Positions 39,928 to 57,401 of a stretch of DNA of 64,000 nt are shown here, piece by piece. Position numbers and translations under genes: made by a program. The notes beneath the pieces were generated by a model that worked only from the letters and a program-made list of their open reading frames with translations, ran no database searches and was not told the origin of the DNA. The stretch comes from Eledone cirrhosa (Eukaryota): NCBI GenBank assembly GCA_964016885.1, contig CAXHJY010000239.1, positions 27,349 through 91,348 of the forward strand, written 5' to 3'. The number at the start of each line of letters is the position of its first letter. The stretch's first letter is position 1.

Positions 39928-40273
39928 CATATATATATATATATATGTATATATTTCATATGTGATGTGTATAATTATTCCTCTTTATGAAGCTATCTAG
40001 CATGAGAATAGTATCAGTTTGTTCTTGTTGATCTTGTTTAGTCTCAGCTGAGCAGACATATACTGAAAAAGTTCAAGCCATGATCTTCCATTCTTTTTCT
40101 TTTACAGTGTAGTTTATTCAGGGCTATATCATCTTCTATACATATGTCTTCTATTCATTTTTAAGATGTCAGAGTTTGATTTGAGGTAGATTTGGCAACT
40201 AGTCCTAGCAGGTGAAGCAGCTGTTGTAGACTGATGTTTAATTGATTAATTGTATCTTGTGTAGTGTGTTTAA

Positions 40274-40491
40274 CCCTGTAGCATTTACATTACTCTATAT
40301 TTACTATAGTATTTTTACAGTAAACACTTTATCTTACATAATTATCTCACATAATATTAAATCTACGAGATTTTGATATGTATTTTGAGAACAATACCTT
40401 AACGTCGGTATGAGTGGCCGGTTATGACTGGTTTGAACAGAAAGAGGGGAAAGAATTCTGGCCGGATATGGCTGGTTTAAATGCTAAAGGG
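40274..40491. mobile_element. piggyBac-type MITE family 1 copy
   Basis: TTAA|CCCTGTAGCATTTAC ... TAAATGCTAAAGGG|TTTA. Confidence 0.8.
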
Positions 40492-40639
40492 TTTAGTGTT
40501 TTATTTAGTTGTTGACTGGGGTTGTGTCAGGAAAAATTATATATATTATATCATGCTTCTGATACTGTTTGGACTAAGATCCCCATTGAAAAGTCTGTGG
40601 TATGAAGGGTTTTTCTGTGGTGGTTTTACTTCAATTTTA

Positions 40640-40965
40640 TTTAACTGGATAGTTTTAAATTAATGTTTCACGGGGACATATATACAGGAAAGAAGTTCCA
40701 GAAGATGAAAGATTTTAGCACAGTGTTTAGAATAGGTGTCTACTAATATGCACAAGACAGTATGGTGTTTTGGGAGGAAGAGAGATGGGTGTGACAGATA
40801 TGCTTAAGTGTGGGGTGGAGGAATAAATATAGTAGGTTCAGAGAAGCAGGGGCTGTTGTAGGAATGATAGAAAACAGTAGAGAACAGCTTGAGGAGAAGA
40901 TGGAAAACAGTTGTGATGTAGAATTTGCCTTGGTAGATAAACCAACATAGATTCTGATCAAGAGA
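40640..40965 (-). mobile_element. Possible highly decayed LINE 3' end
   Basis: Broken minus-strand peptides LFSTVFYHSYNSPCFSEPTIFIPPP ... SFIFWNFFP resemble the 'LFYxYYxG.CS.EL...iPP...lWN.LP' C-terminus of Jockey/CR1-group LINEs. Confidence 0.35.
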
Positions 40966-43313
40966 TAGCATCATAACCATGTTTATTTTGCCCCAAATAT
41001 TCATGTTGCTCCCCTCAATATTATTATTCCTCCCTCATCTGTTAACACCTCAACATCTTCAAGTCTGGCTTCCCTACTTCTAATTAAAGGTGTTAGTTAA
41101 GAAATGGAAATAGAAACTTAATGGAAATTCAGTTTTCCATAGCTAGCTTAGCTAGATTTATGTTTTCTAAAGAAGTTTTCTCTCCATAAAACTTCAATGT
41201 GCACCTGGGATGTAAAACTATGCAAGCTTGAAATGTTTAGAAAAAGTCCCATAATATAAATATTCCATATGTCTAACTGATTCATTCAGTGAAATACAGT
41301 AATATAAAAAAAAAACACACACACACAGTATGGACCGTTAACTTTTTATTTAACGGTTAAGGTTATGCTTTGGGTGGAGCTGTTTTTTCAGGTGGATGGT
41401 TAAGGTTATGTTTAAAGGATCTATATATGGACCTGTAACTCCTGATGGAGTTTTAGGGGGTGCTGTGGTGATACATGGCATGTCTTGGGCATTTTAAACT
41501 TGGCGGGGCCCATCCCTCTCCAAGTCTGAACGCAGCCAATTTCTCCCAGAGAGAGAGAGAGGGAGAGAGCTCAGTAATGGACTGGTACTATTTTTACTGA
41601 CCTCAAAAGATTTGAACTTACAGCACATTCTATGTGATGTTTTAATGATAGCCAATTCTCTATATGTTTAAGGATAGAGGCAAGTATAGTTAGGGTTGAA
41701 ACTGATATCAAAATTTGAGTTATGGTTAGGATTATATATAGTTAGTGTTTGTGGCTAGGACTATCTTTCATATACTCAAATATAAACTGAAGAATAAGTG
41801 ACCCAAAAATCGATGGTAGAAGAAGGCTCAGCTTATATTCGGGGTCAATATTTTGACGATTTTCACCAACTTCAAATTCTACGTAAATAAGGTTTGGATT
41901 TTTGTCCATTTCTCAGACATAGCTTATATTCAAGTATACATGGTATTTTATTCATCAGAACTTAAACATTGTCTTATCTAATTGAAAGTAGATATTGATG
42001 CAAGAGTTATATTATAATTAACCACTGTAAGCAGTAGTGATAGGACTGTAAAACTGATGGGTGATCTATTGGCTTTTAGTCTTGAGTTCAGTTCTTCCTA
42101 TTTGCAGCAGATCACTGTCGTGTCATCATCATCATCATTATTACAATCATCAATACCTTCATCATCATTATCATCATCAATATTTAATGTTTGCTCTCCC
42201 TGTTAGCAAGTTTTGCATTGATCGTCAACAGATCAGATCAATATTCAAATGGGGGTACTGATACCTCAGATGGGCTGGGAGCCTGCATCTCACTTTCATA
42301 TGTTCCTGCACTTTCAGATGGGTTGACAGCCAGCAGCTCACTAACATACAATCCTGCACACTACCAAGTGCATTTTATCATTGCACCAACACTAGGGAGG
42401 TTGTCATATCTTTGTTGTAGCTCAAGAGTCCTCCCAACCTTTGTTTGGAAGGTTTTATATGGCTGAATACCCTTACTATCACCAACCCCTTTACAGAGTG
42501 TACACGGTGTCTCTATCTTGACATCACCAACACTAGGGTGGTTAGCTGTAGATTCTTCCTGATCCATTATTTCGTTTCTTCTCCACATAGCCCTAAGATG
42601 GAAACTAGAGTCTTGAAATTTAGAAATGAAAAAAACCCAAAAAATTTGATTATCAATTCATGAAATAAATATCTCATATTAAATTAACAGTGTTAGATCT
42701 CTGTTGGTTCTGATGATGACTGCGCCAGTTATTTGATAAATGGAACAGTGTGCGCATGAAATTAATATGCAAGTGTCTGAACATTCTACAGATATGTGTA
42801 CCCTTAATGTAATGCTCAGGGAGATTTAGTGTGATACAATGTGTGACAAGGTTGGGCCTCTGAATCAGAGGTAGGACTCATTTTTCTCAAGTGAGTGAAA
42901 GAGAATCGACCCCAGTATTGTACAGGTATTTTATTTACAGACTCTGAAAGGATTAAAGGAAAAGTTGATTTTAGCAGGATTCGAACTCAGAACACAGAGA
43001 GTTGGAACGAATACTGTGACACATTCAACATTCTAATGCCTCTCTTCTAGTTTACACAGCAGTAAATATGTGCTCAGGGGAGATACAGTTTAGTGGTGTA
43101 TAATTGCTAAGTGTTTCCTTAGCTTAGAGAACTGTAATAAAATCCTGAAATGGACCTGGGAAATGCAACAGGAATCCACTTCAGTGAATGTGGTGCATTT
43201 TAAATATTTTATGGACTATGATCAAGTATTCTACACTACATACTTCAAGGGCGAAAATGTTTCCCGTCTTTATCCACAAAGACATATATACACATTTAAG
43301 TAAATATGTACAT

Positions 43314-43317
<4 letters not shown>

Positions 43318-43366
<49 letters not shown>

Positions 43367-43523
43367 ATATATTTATATATATATATATATATTGTATATA
43401 TATATATATTGTATATATATATATATATATATTGTATATATATATTGTATATATATATATATATTGTATATATATATATATATATATATTGTATATATAT
43501 ATATATATTGTATATATATATTG

Positions 43524-43557
<34 letters not shown>

Positions 43558-43620
43558 ATATTGTATATATATATATATATATATTGTATATATATATTAT
43601 ATTGTATATATATATATATT
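43318..43620. repeat. (TA)n array punctuated by TTG
   Basis: Units (TA)nTTG. The same type of array recurs at 45170-45867, 46050-47192, 51033-51320, 54134-54790, 54972-55905 and 58727-58820. Confidence 0.95.
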
Positions 43621-45170
43621 ATCTGGTGGGCTCTTAGAAAACTAGGCGTTGACGAATGGCTTGTGAGGGCTATACAAGCCATGTATAAAGAAACAGTCAG
43701 CAAGGTTAGAATTAACAACGAATATAGTGAAGAGTTTAGCGTAAAAGTTGGCGTCCATCAGGGCTCTGTTCTCAGCCCCCTACTATTTATTATTGCCCTT
43801 CAGGCTATAACAGAGGAGTTCAAGACAGGCTGCCCATGGGAACTCCTATACGCGGACGACCTGACACTCATAGCGGAATCAATGGCCGAGCTAGAGAAGA
43901 AATTCCAAACATGGAAGCACGGCCTAGAGTCAAAAGGACTTAAAATTAACCTGGCTAAGACCAAAGTTCTAGTTTGTAGGAAACAAAACAAGGCGGCGGT
44001 CCCTTCTGGGAAATGGTCGTGCTCGGTGTGTAGGAAAGGCGTAGGTAGAAACTCCATTTTGTGTCCTAAATGCAAAGTATGGGTGCATAAAAGATGTAGT
44101 GGGATCACAGGTAAGCTAACTAAGAACATAGATTTTACATGTGGCCGGTGTTCTGGTGCAATAAGTAGCAGCAAGTGCCCACACAATACTAGCTCTTTCA
44201 ATTGCGCAGAGGGTTCTATAGAAATAGTGGACAGCTTCCGTTACCTGGGCGATAAAATCAGCAGTGGGGGAGGGTGCTCTGAAAGTACTGTAGCTAGAGT
44301 CAGAACTGGTTGGAAAAAGTTCAGAGAGCTTATACCACTATTAGCTGCTAAAGGGTTCTCCCTAAAAATGAAAGGCAGGTTGTACGATGCCTGCATACGA
44401 ACAGCAATGTTGCATGGCAGTGAGACCTGGGCATTGTGTGCAGAGGATATACGCAGACTAGAGAGGAACGAAGCTTGCATGCTCCGCTGGATGTGTAACA
44501 GTAATATACGTGAACGGCAAAGCATAAACGAACTAAGGAAAAAATTAGAGATAAGAGGGATCAGATGTTGTTTACTCGAGAGAAGGCTACGTTGGTATGG
44601 ACACGTGATGCGCATGAAAGTCGATAGCTGTATAACAAAGTGCAGGGCAATAAAGATAGACGGTAGCCACGGAATAGGCAGACCTAGAAAAACCTGGGAC
44701 GAGCTGATAAACTCCGACCTCACACACTTACACCTCTCCAAGACAATGTCACTGGACCGAGACCTTTGGCGGTACTCAGTAACAGAGAAGACCCGCCTTG
44801 CCAGTAGGCATCTCTAACAAAATACACCCCGTCCCACCACCACCACCCCCACCCCATCCACACCACCCCGTCCTATGTAAAGTTATGTTGGTGCCGCGCC
44901 ATCCGGGCCGAAACAAATGAGATCGTGTAGGTGTCACGACAAAAAAACACACAGTCCACGCTGTAATGTGGCCGTGTAGGCAACACGGTAAAAACCTCCC
45001 AGACCCACACTGTAAATGTGGTTGGTGTTAGGAAGGGCATCCAACTGTAGAAAACCTGCCAGACAGTCCTATGCGAGCAAGACAATCACTCTTGCCTCAA
45101 GTGGGACTACCCCCGTCCAAACCCATGCAAGCGTGGAACACGGACGTTAAACGTTGATGATGATGATGAT
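43618..45170 (+). mobile_element. 5'-truncated PHD-RTE LINE copy 2 (RT C-half to (GAT)n tail)
   Basis: Nearly identical to 5532-7117. Real coding runs 43621-44817 (IWWALRKLG...YADD...PHD...RLASRHL*); the N-terminal YI-repeat of the listed ORF is microsatellite. Confidence 0.95.
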
Positions 45171-45920
45171 TATATATATATATATTGTATATATATATAT
45201 ATATTGTATATATATATATATATTGTATATATATATATATATTGTATATATATATATATATATATATTGTATATATATATATTGTATATATATATATTGT
45301 ATATATATATATATATTGTATATATATATATATATATATTGTATATATATATATTGTATATATATATATTGTATATATATATATATATATATTGTATATA
45401 TATATATATATTGTATATATATATTGTATATATATATATATATTGTATATATATATATATATATATTGTATATATATATATTGTATATATATATATATAT
45501 TGTATATATATATATATATATATTGTATATATATATATTGTATATATATATATATATTGTATATATATATATATATATATTGTATATATATATATTGTAT
45601 ATATATATATATATTGTATATATATATATATATATTGTATATATATATATATATTGTATATATATATATATATTGTATATATATATATATATATTGTATA
45701 TATATATATATTGTATATATATATATATATATTGTATATGTATATATATATATATATATTGTATATATATATATATTGTATATATATATATATATATTGT
45801 ATATATATATATATATATATATATTGTATATATATATATATATTGTATATATATATATATATATATTGTATTTACAACTTTTTAAATGGAAGTTGAAGTG
45901 TAAGGTATGTCAAATCTATC

Positions 45921-46027
45921 TATTTATAAGACTGTTTATATTGTATTTTGTCTGATGAAGGCATACCATATTTTTAATATGATATCCCTGAAATATATAT
46001 AATGAAATAAATATGGTTTTATAAATA
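45921..46027 (+). ncRNA. Type I hammerhead ribozyme motif in a solo PLE pLTR fragment (45868-46050)
   Basis: Stem I TATTTTGT/ATGAAATA extended by ATTTATAAGACTG/TGGTTTTATAAAT, core CTGATGA (45952-45958), stem II AGG.ATA.CATAT/ATATG.TAT.CCT, GAAA, palindromic stem III ATATATAT, predicted cleavage after 46001. Confidence 0.8.
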
Positions 46028-46324
46028 TAGTTTCCATTTATTTAATATCGTATATATTGTATATATATATATATTGTATATATATATATATATTGTATAT
46101 ATATATATATATTGTATATATATATATATTGTATATATATATATATATTGTATATATATATATATATATTGTGTATATATATATATATATTGTATACATA
46201 TATATATATATTGTATACATATATATATATTGTATACATATATATATATTGTATACATATATATATATTGTATATATATACATATATATATATTGTATAT
46301 ATATATATATATATATATTGTATA

Positions 46325-46406
<82 letters not shown>

Positions 46407-46519
46407 ATATATATATATGTATATATATCTATATATGTATATATATATATTGTATATATGTATATATATATATTGTATATATATATATATATATTGTATA
46501 TATATATATATATATATTG

Positions 46520-46562
<43 letters not shown>

Positions 46563-46564
46563 TG

Positions 46565-46600
<36 letters not shown>

Positions 46601-46613
46601 TATATTGTATATA

Positions 46614-46684
<71 letters not shown>

Positions 46685-46742
46685 ATATATATATATATAT
46701 TGTTTATATATATATATATTGTATATATATATATATATATAT

Positions 46743-46904
<162 letters not shown>

Positions 46905-46906
46905 GT

Positions 46907-46956
<50 letters not shown>

Positions 46957-47064
46957 ATATATATGTATATATATATGTATATATATTGTATATATATATA
47001 TATATATATATAAATATATATATATATATTTTGTATATATATATATATATATATGTATATATTT

Positions 47065-47115
<51 letters not shown>

Positions 47116-47157
47116 TATATATATATATTTTGTATATATATATATATATGTATATAT

Positions 47158-47199
<42 letters not shown>

Positions 47200-47244
47200 T
47201 AAACAAATAATGAACAAACAATTCCTTATATTAAACAAAAAAAG

Positions 47245-47399
47245 TTCACTATTTAACGATCGTTTCTAGGGCATATATGTGTTATAATTGGTATGCATAT
47301 TTAACAGATCTATGTACAAAATTATACAAAATTATACAAATTATCAAGATTAAATATACATACCTAACTCATATATACGCCGTCTTCAGAAATAATGAA
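47245..47399 (-). ncRNA. Type I hammerhead ribozyme motif with very long stem II
   Basis: Minus strand: TTCATTATTT-CTGAAGA-[~120-nt hairpin incl. GGTATGTATATTTAA/TTAAATATGCATACC]-GAAA-CGATCG-TT^AAATAGTGAA. Stem I is 10 bp; stem III is the palindrome ACGATCGT. Confidence 0.75.
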
Positions 47400-48155
47400 G
47401 TATATTTATTGATAATAACAACAATTCAAAATATCAGTTCAAAATTGACCAATGAAAACACAAAGGGTTAAAAGCAGTTTGGTGTGTGTATATACATGCA
47501 AAAACCTTACACATATTTTACAATAATGTGTGTATAATTTATATGTGTATACTAAAAAGATGGATGTAAACACAAAATTTCAAGGTTAATATCTCTGTAA
47601 GCTTAATGCGCTGATAAGATACGCAAAGATACTTATGGAGTCAAGCATATAAATATATTTTTTTCATACTCACACATATCAGTATAATCACACATACATG
47701 TGCGTATATGCATAAATATACACATAACCACGAACATACAAACACACACACTCCCCCACTCACATTTATATATGTGGATATAAAATCATAAGCAAATAGA
47801 AATTAAGTCACTCACATAAAAACACTGGTACACACATTTCAAGATCAAGATACAGAAATTAGGTGGGAGGGGGGGGAGGGTCAGTATTAGATTGTCAGAC
47901 CAGACAGCCTAATATAAATGTATCTATAAATTAAGAAAAATAAAAAAATAAAAACAATAAAATATAATAAATGTACATACACATACAGATATACATACAC
48001 ATACATACATGTACGCGCACATAGAGATATCCACACATACATACATACACACATACCTATACTGTCATACACACACATACATTTACACGAACATACACAT
48101 ACACATATAAAAAGATATAAATACACACACACTCACGCGCAACACATACACACAT

Positions 48156-48212
<57 letters not shown>

Positions 48213-48311
48213 TAGACTCATATATATATATATATACACACACACATATACATACACAAATATATATATCCCCACACTCATACCACCATAAATATACATA
48301 CAAACACCCAC

Positions 48312-48347
<36 letters not shown>

Positions 48348-48556
48348 ACATACACACACGTACACATATATATATATATATACACATATATACACATACA
48401 TATATATATATACACACACATAAAAAACAGACATGCACATATATATATATATATATATATATTTTTCATTACTATTATATATACACATAGTATATATACA
48501 TACACAAACTCACTTATACACATATACACATAAGTTATATTACAATAATAATAAAG

Positions 48557-48643
<87 letters not shown>

Positions 48644-48734
48644 TACATACACATACATACATACACCTAAACATATACATACATAAATACACACATACGA
48701 ATAAAGACATATATTCACACATAGACACCTATAT

Positions 48735-48768
<34 letters not shown>

Positions 48769-48788
48769 CTATATATATACACATACAT

Positions 48789-48825
<37 letters not shown>

Positions 48826-50581
48826 CACATACACACACACACACAGACACACATACACACTCACATATACATATATATATATATGTATGTGAGTGTGCGC
48901 AAATACATATATATATACACACACACATACAAACACACACAAACACATACATATGCATACATGCACACACACACACATATATCACATAGATACGAAGATA
49001 AACATATAAATAGAGAGACATACAAATATATACAGAACCCATATACACATACATACAATCACGCATATACATATACATACATATATACACATATATATAT
49101 TCCTATATACAAGCATACACATACATACACATATATACATATACATACACATATACATACCACACATTCACATACACATACATATATAATACATATATAT
49201 ACATATATATACATACATATGTATGTATAATCATATATACACACTCAATCTTACATTCATATTTACATGCTCATATATGTATTTTTATATTTAGAAATAA
49301 ATACCAAAACCTATATAGACACCCACCTACACATATATTCATACATATACTCTTACAAAAACAGATGGTAATAATATGGGGGAAAGGGGGGGTTTGGAGA
49401 AGGGGATCAAAGTAAATATATGTTTCAAGAAACATATAATATTTTCCGTATCTTAATTCAATGTATGTTCTTACATATTTTCAGTGCTAGGAAATACGAA
49501 ATCTATGCATCCCAAAATAAAAAAGTATACCATTAATCATATGTTAACTAAACCAAAGATAGTCAACATATTGATTTCCAAGGTGTAAATTAGTTAGGTT
49601 TATAATATTTGAAGCAGAATTATGAAGTCAAACAGTAGTAGATTATTAATTACATTATAACTAAATTAAAGTTAATAACGTTATGGTATCAATATTAGGA
49701 GATGAATTTAGTAATAGGGAAAAGAAACCCAAATAAAAATAAAATAAAGTATTACATCGGTAGTAGCATATAAATTATATGTTAACTAAATTAAAAATTA
49801 TATATTTATTTCAATAGTATACGTTAATTAGTATATGTTAATTAGGTATACAATACATAAAGCAGATATTGTATTTCATCAATAGCATAATATAATTATA
49901 TGCAAATAAAAATCAAAATTAGTACGCATACATATACATATACATACACATACACATATATATACATATACATACACATATATATATATATACATATATA
50001 TACACATACATACATATATAGTCACATAAATATACATACAGATACACATACAATACACACATATACATATAGATATACATATCTTTTTCAAAAAATTGCA
50101 CAGAATATATTAACTAGGTATATATCCAAAACACATCACATTCTATGATTACATGACATTCTGCAATTCGTCTGTACAAGGATACTAATTTTAAGCAAAT
50201 TAAAATTAAAGTTTTAGGTTGATTAAAACTAAAACCAAATAATAAATATATTTCCAAAATGTATATTAATTAGGTCTATAATACTAAAAAATTCTTTCTC
50301 CGTCATAGGATACATGATATTATTTTGTTATATTTTATCTGTAAAAGAATTATAATAAAAAAAAATTATAATAAAAAAAAAAAAAAAAAAAATTATAATA
50401 AAAGGTTAAATAAATTAAAATTAATCTATAAATTAAATTACTGAGTATATATTAGTAATATTTAAAGGTTTTTCAAAATTTATGATTACATAATATTTTC
50501 TCATCTGTAATAAAATATTAATTAAATTAAATTTATAGGTTAACTAACATTTAAATTAAATTAAATTCTAGAATAATGTTA

Positions 50582-51031
50582 TTAATTAGGTTTATAATAT
50601 TTAAATGTTTTTTTTAGTTTATGATTACACGATATAATTAATTCCTGTCTTTTATTTAATAAGATATCCCTAGACTTCATTATTTCAAATAGTTCTTGGG
50701 AACATAATCTACATTCCTTTCTATTATTTTGATAAGGGGTGGCTCTTTTGAGCACACTCCAGGTCAAATCATATTTTATATTTTTATTTTATAACTATTG
50801 ATTTTTTCTGCTAGAGATGTTGTATTAGCCAGTGCGGCATTTTTAAAGCTATGTTTGTGGGTATTATACCTTGTCTTAAAATTGTTAGAGGTAGCTCCTA
50901 TATATGAGCAAATAGAATCTTTAGTTTTAACATTACATTTATAGACTATGTTGTTAACAAGACAATTCCCTTTTAATGGGCAGTTTGTTTTGTTTCTACA
51001 GTTACATCCTTTCGTTAATTCTGTATTTGAG
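50582..51031 (-). pseudogene. PLE C-terminal GIY-YIG endonuclease fragment (~150 codons, open frame, no start)
   Basis: Manual translation: [88 protein letters not shown]. Collinear with the ENs at 57402 and 62560. Confidence 0.9.
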
Positions 51032-51032
51032 G

Positions 51033-51285
<253 letters not shown>

Positions 51286-51311
51286 ATATATATATATATA
51301 TATATATATTG

Positions 51312-52857
<1,546 letters not shown>

Positions 52858-54134
52858 GAATCAATGGCCGAGCTAGAGAAGAAATTCCAAACATGGAAGC
52901 ACGGCCTAGAATCAAAAGGCCTTAAAATTAACCTAGCTAAGACTAAAGTTCTAGTTTGTAAGAAAGAAAATAAGGCGGCGGTCGCCTCCGGGAAGTGGCC
53001 ATGCGCAGAGTGTAGGAAAGGCGTAGGTAGAAATTCCATTTTGTGTCCCAAATGCAAAGTTTGGGTGCATAAAAGATGTAGTGGGATCACAGGTAAGCTA
53101 ACTAAGAACATAGATTTTACATGTGGCCGGTGTTCTGGGGATATAAGTAGCAGCAAGTGCCCACAAAATACTAGCTCTTTCAACTGCGCAGAGGGTTCTA
53201 TAGAAATAGTGGACAGCTTCCGTTACCTGGGTGACAAAATCAGCAGTGGGGGAGGGTGCTCTGAAAGTACAGTAGCTAGAGTCAGAACTGGGTGGAAAAA
53301 GTTCAGAGAGCTTATACCACTATTAGCCGCTAAAGGGTTCTCCCTAAAAATGAAAGGCAGGCTGTACGATGCCTGCATACGAACAGCAATGTTGCATGGC
53401 AGTGAGACCTGGGCATTGTGTGCGGAGGATATACGCAGACTAGAGAGAAACGAAGCTTGCATGCTCGGCTGGATGTGTAATAGTAATATACGTGAACGAC
53501 AAAGCATAAACGAACTAAGGAAAAAATTAGAAATAAGAGGGATCAGATGTTGTTTACTAGAGAGAAGGCTACGTTGGTATGGTCACGTGATGCGCATGAA
53601 GGATGATAGCTGTATAACAAAGTGCAGGGCAATAGAGATAGACGGTAGCCGCGGAATAGGCAGATCCAGAAAAACCTGGCCTCACACACTTATACCTCAC
53701 CAAGACAGTGTCGCTGGACCGAGACCTTTGGCGGTACGCAGTAATAGAGAAGACCCGCCTTGCCAGTAGGCATCTCTAACAAAATACACCCCGTCCCACC
53801 ACCACAACCCCCACCCCATCCACACCACCCCGTTCTATGTAAAGTTATGTTGGTGCCGCGCCATCCAGGCCGAAACAAATGAGATCGTGTAGGTGTCACG
53901 ACAAAAAAACACACAGTCCACGCTGTAATGTGGCCGTGTAGGCAACACGGTAAAAACCTCCCAGACCCACACTGTAAATGTGGTTGGTGTTAGGAAGGGC
54001 ATCCAACTGTAGAAAACCTGCCAGACAGTCCTATGCGAGCAAGACAATCACTCTTGCCTCAAGTGGGACTACCCCCCAAACCCATGCAAGCGTGGAACAC
54101 GGACGTTAAACGTTGATGATGATGATGATGATGA
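52858..54134 (+). mobile_element. 5'-truncated PHD-RTE LINE copy 3
   Basis: Begins at ESMAELEKK, more diverged than copy 2 (KWPCAEC vs KWSCSVC), 20-bp frameshifting deletion at ~53680, (GAT)n tail. Confidence 0.95.
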
Positions 54135-54842
54135 TATATATATATTGTATATATATATATATATTGTATATATATATATATATTGTATATATATATATAT
54201 TGTATATATATATATATATATATATTGTATATATATATATTGTATATATATATATTGTATATATATATATATATTGTATATATATATATATATATATTGT
54301 ATATATATATATTGTATATATATATATTGTATATATATATATAATATATTGTATATATATATATATATTGTATATATATATATATATATATTGTATATAT
54401 ATATATTGTATATATATATATATATTGTATATATATATATATATATATTGTATATATATATATTGTATATATATATATATATTGTATATATATATATATA
54501 TATATTGTATATATATATATTGTATATATATATATATATTGTATATATATATATATATTGTATATATATATATATTGTATATATATATATATATTGTATA
54601 TATATATATATATATTGTATATATATATATATTGTATATATATATATATATATTGTATATGTATATATATATATATATATTGTATATATATATATATTGT
54701 ATATATATATATATATATTGTATATAATATATATATATATATATATTGTATATATATATATATATTGTATATATATATATATATATATTGTATTTACAAC
54801 TTTTTAAATGGAAGTTGAAGTGTAAGGTATGTCAAATCTATC

Positions 54843-54949
54843 TATTTATAAGACTGTTTATATTGTATTTTGTCTGATGAAGGCATACCATATTTTTAAT
54901 ATGATATCCCTGAAATATATATAATGAAATAAATATGGTTTTATAAATA
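54843..54949 (+). ncRNA. Hammerhead ribozyme motif, duplicate of 45921-46027 (pLTR fragment 54790-54972)
   Basis: Identical by eye to 45868-46050 at an offset of 8922 bp; core CTGATGA at 54874-54880. Confidence 0.8.
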
Positions 54950-55244
54950 TAGTTTCCATTTATTTAATATCGTATATATTGTATATATATATATATTGTA
55001 TATATATATATATATTGTATATATATATATATTGTATATATATATATATATTGTATATATATATATATATTGTATATATATATATATATATTGTGTATAT
55101 ATATATATATATTGTATACATATATATATATATTGTATACATATATATATATTGTATACATATATATATATTGTATACATATATATATATTGTATATATA
55201 TACATATATATATATTGTATATATATATATATATATATTGTATA

Positions 55245-55317
<73 letters not shown>

Positions 55318-55482
55318 TTGTATATATATATATGTATATATATCTATATATGTATATATATATATTGTATATATGTATATATGTATATTGTATATATATA
55401 TATATATATTGTATATATATATATATATATGATTGTATATATATATTATATATGTATATTATATATATATATATATATATTG

Positions 55483-55518
<36 letters not shown>

Positions 55519-55532
55519 ATATATTGTATATA

Positions 55533-55570
<38 letters not shown>

Positions 55571-55707
55571 ATATAATATATATATATATATATATATATT
55601 GTATATATATATATATATATTTGTTTATATATATATATAATGTATATATATATATATATATATATTGTTTATATATATATATATTGTATATATATATATA
55701 TATATAT

Positions 55708-55743
<36 letters not shown>

Positions 55744-56017
55744 ATATATATATATATATTATATATATTGTATATATATATATTATATATATTGTATATA
55801 TATATTATATATATATATTATATATATTATATATATATATTGTATATATATATATATATATTGTATATATATATATATATTATATATATTATATTGTATA
55901 TATATGGAAAGTTATATTTAAATTGTTGGGTTAACAACGAGTAAATATTTATAACTGATGTAAAAGCACTCAACAAGTATTTGGAGTATATTTATGATAT
56001 TAAATAAATGGAAACTA

Positions 56018-56124
56018 TATTTATAAAACCATATTTATTTCGTTATATATATTTCAGGGATATCATATTAACAATATGTTATGCCTTCTTCAGACAAAAT
56101 ACAATATAAACAGTCTCATAAATA
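56018..56124 (-). ncRNA. Hammerhead ribozyme motif in the 3' pLTR of PLE-B (sense to the ORF)
   Basis: Minus strand: TATTTTGT-CTGAAGA-AGGCATAACATATT(GTT)AATATGATATCCCT-GAAA-TATATA-TA^ACGAAATA. Confidence 0.85.
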
Positions 56125-57401
56125 AATAGATACCTTTCAATCACCTTGCATTTGGGAGGTTGATTTGGCAGTAAAAAATATTGTGGACAGTTGTAAAAAG
56201 AAAGAGAAAAAGAAAGAAAGAAAGAGAAACGAAGAAAAAGAAGAAATGCATGTGACTAAATAGAGAGATATAGAAAGATAGATAAAGAGAAGAACTTCAT
56301 GTAAAGAAACAGAGAGAAATATATATAGAGAGAGGAAAAAAGAAAGAGATAGATAGAGATAGATAGAGAAACTAGGAAGTTGAGTATCGGTTGATACATT
56401 TATTTACTTATTTATTTATTTATTTAGCTCTAGTATTAATGTAAAGAGAGATGTATGTAGTTAAGAGAGAAAATAGCCGTTATATATAGAGAGAAAAAAG
56501 AGAAAATGAAAAAGAGAAGATGAAAAATAACCAGACATAAACGAGGCAGAATTTAAAAACGCTATGTATCATCCTGTAGAAAATATTAGTTCGTATAAAA
56601 CAGGCATTATAATGTAAATATCAGTATTCATGAATGAGACATGTATCTATAATGTGTGAAAAGTAATGATCTTATGTCTAGTTTTTAAAAATTCATATGT
56701 TTATATCATAATTATAAACAAACTCCCAATTCACACGAAAACATTCTCATTGTGCTATAAAAATTCAAGTATACATATATGTGTGTATATATACACATAT
56801 ATATAGAGTCTATATTAATTTTAACAATACTATTCTTGTCTTTACTCTACATGATTGTCGATCAAGCAGAAATAGAGAACAGATTTCAATATATTAATAA
56901 GAATAAAAATAAAAATAAAAATAAAAATAAAAATAAAAATATCAGAGACAAGAAAATAAATAAATAAACAGAAAACTAAAACATTTAATATTAAAAATAA
57001 AAAATATTACAAAATATTAAAAAATAATAAAAATAAAACATAGTATGCCACGCAAATCGGCCACAGAGATCAGCCTTTCAAAGTTAATTGACAATATATT
57101 GCCAAGTTCATCATAAGCATCAGAGTCGAAACAGATAAAACAAAAATTGTTTACCAAATCCTGTCTAGCAGAAATTATTCCAAAAGTTTAGGATACCCAT
57201 TTGGTCTACATATGTTCTTATATTTAATATAGAAGTTTATCTAGTGTAAAATTTAATTCGATATATTTGGAGCATCAGCTTTTAGGGTAGTTTAATTATT
57301 CATGAAGAATGTTTTAATAAAAAGAATGTTTTAATAAAAAGAAGAAATCGAAAGATTTATCGGCTAGTTTCATAAATAATTACAAATCAAATCAAACATA
57401 A

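Larger units (their letters stand above)
47193..51032 (-). mobile_element. 5'-truncated Penelope-like element A (GIY-YIG end, long 3' region, terminal hammerhead)
   Basis: GIY-YIG coding at 50582-51032 and a sense-strand hammerhead ~50 nt from the TA junction at 47193. That the intervening microsatellite-rich 3.3 kb belongs to the same element is inferred. Confidence 0.65.

Noticed and set aside
41820-41945. Possible pogo/Tc1 terminal remnant (GCTTATATTC..GTATACATGGTA)
   Set aside because: No matching opposite TIR was found; too degraded to call.
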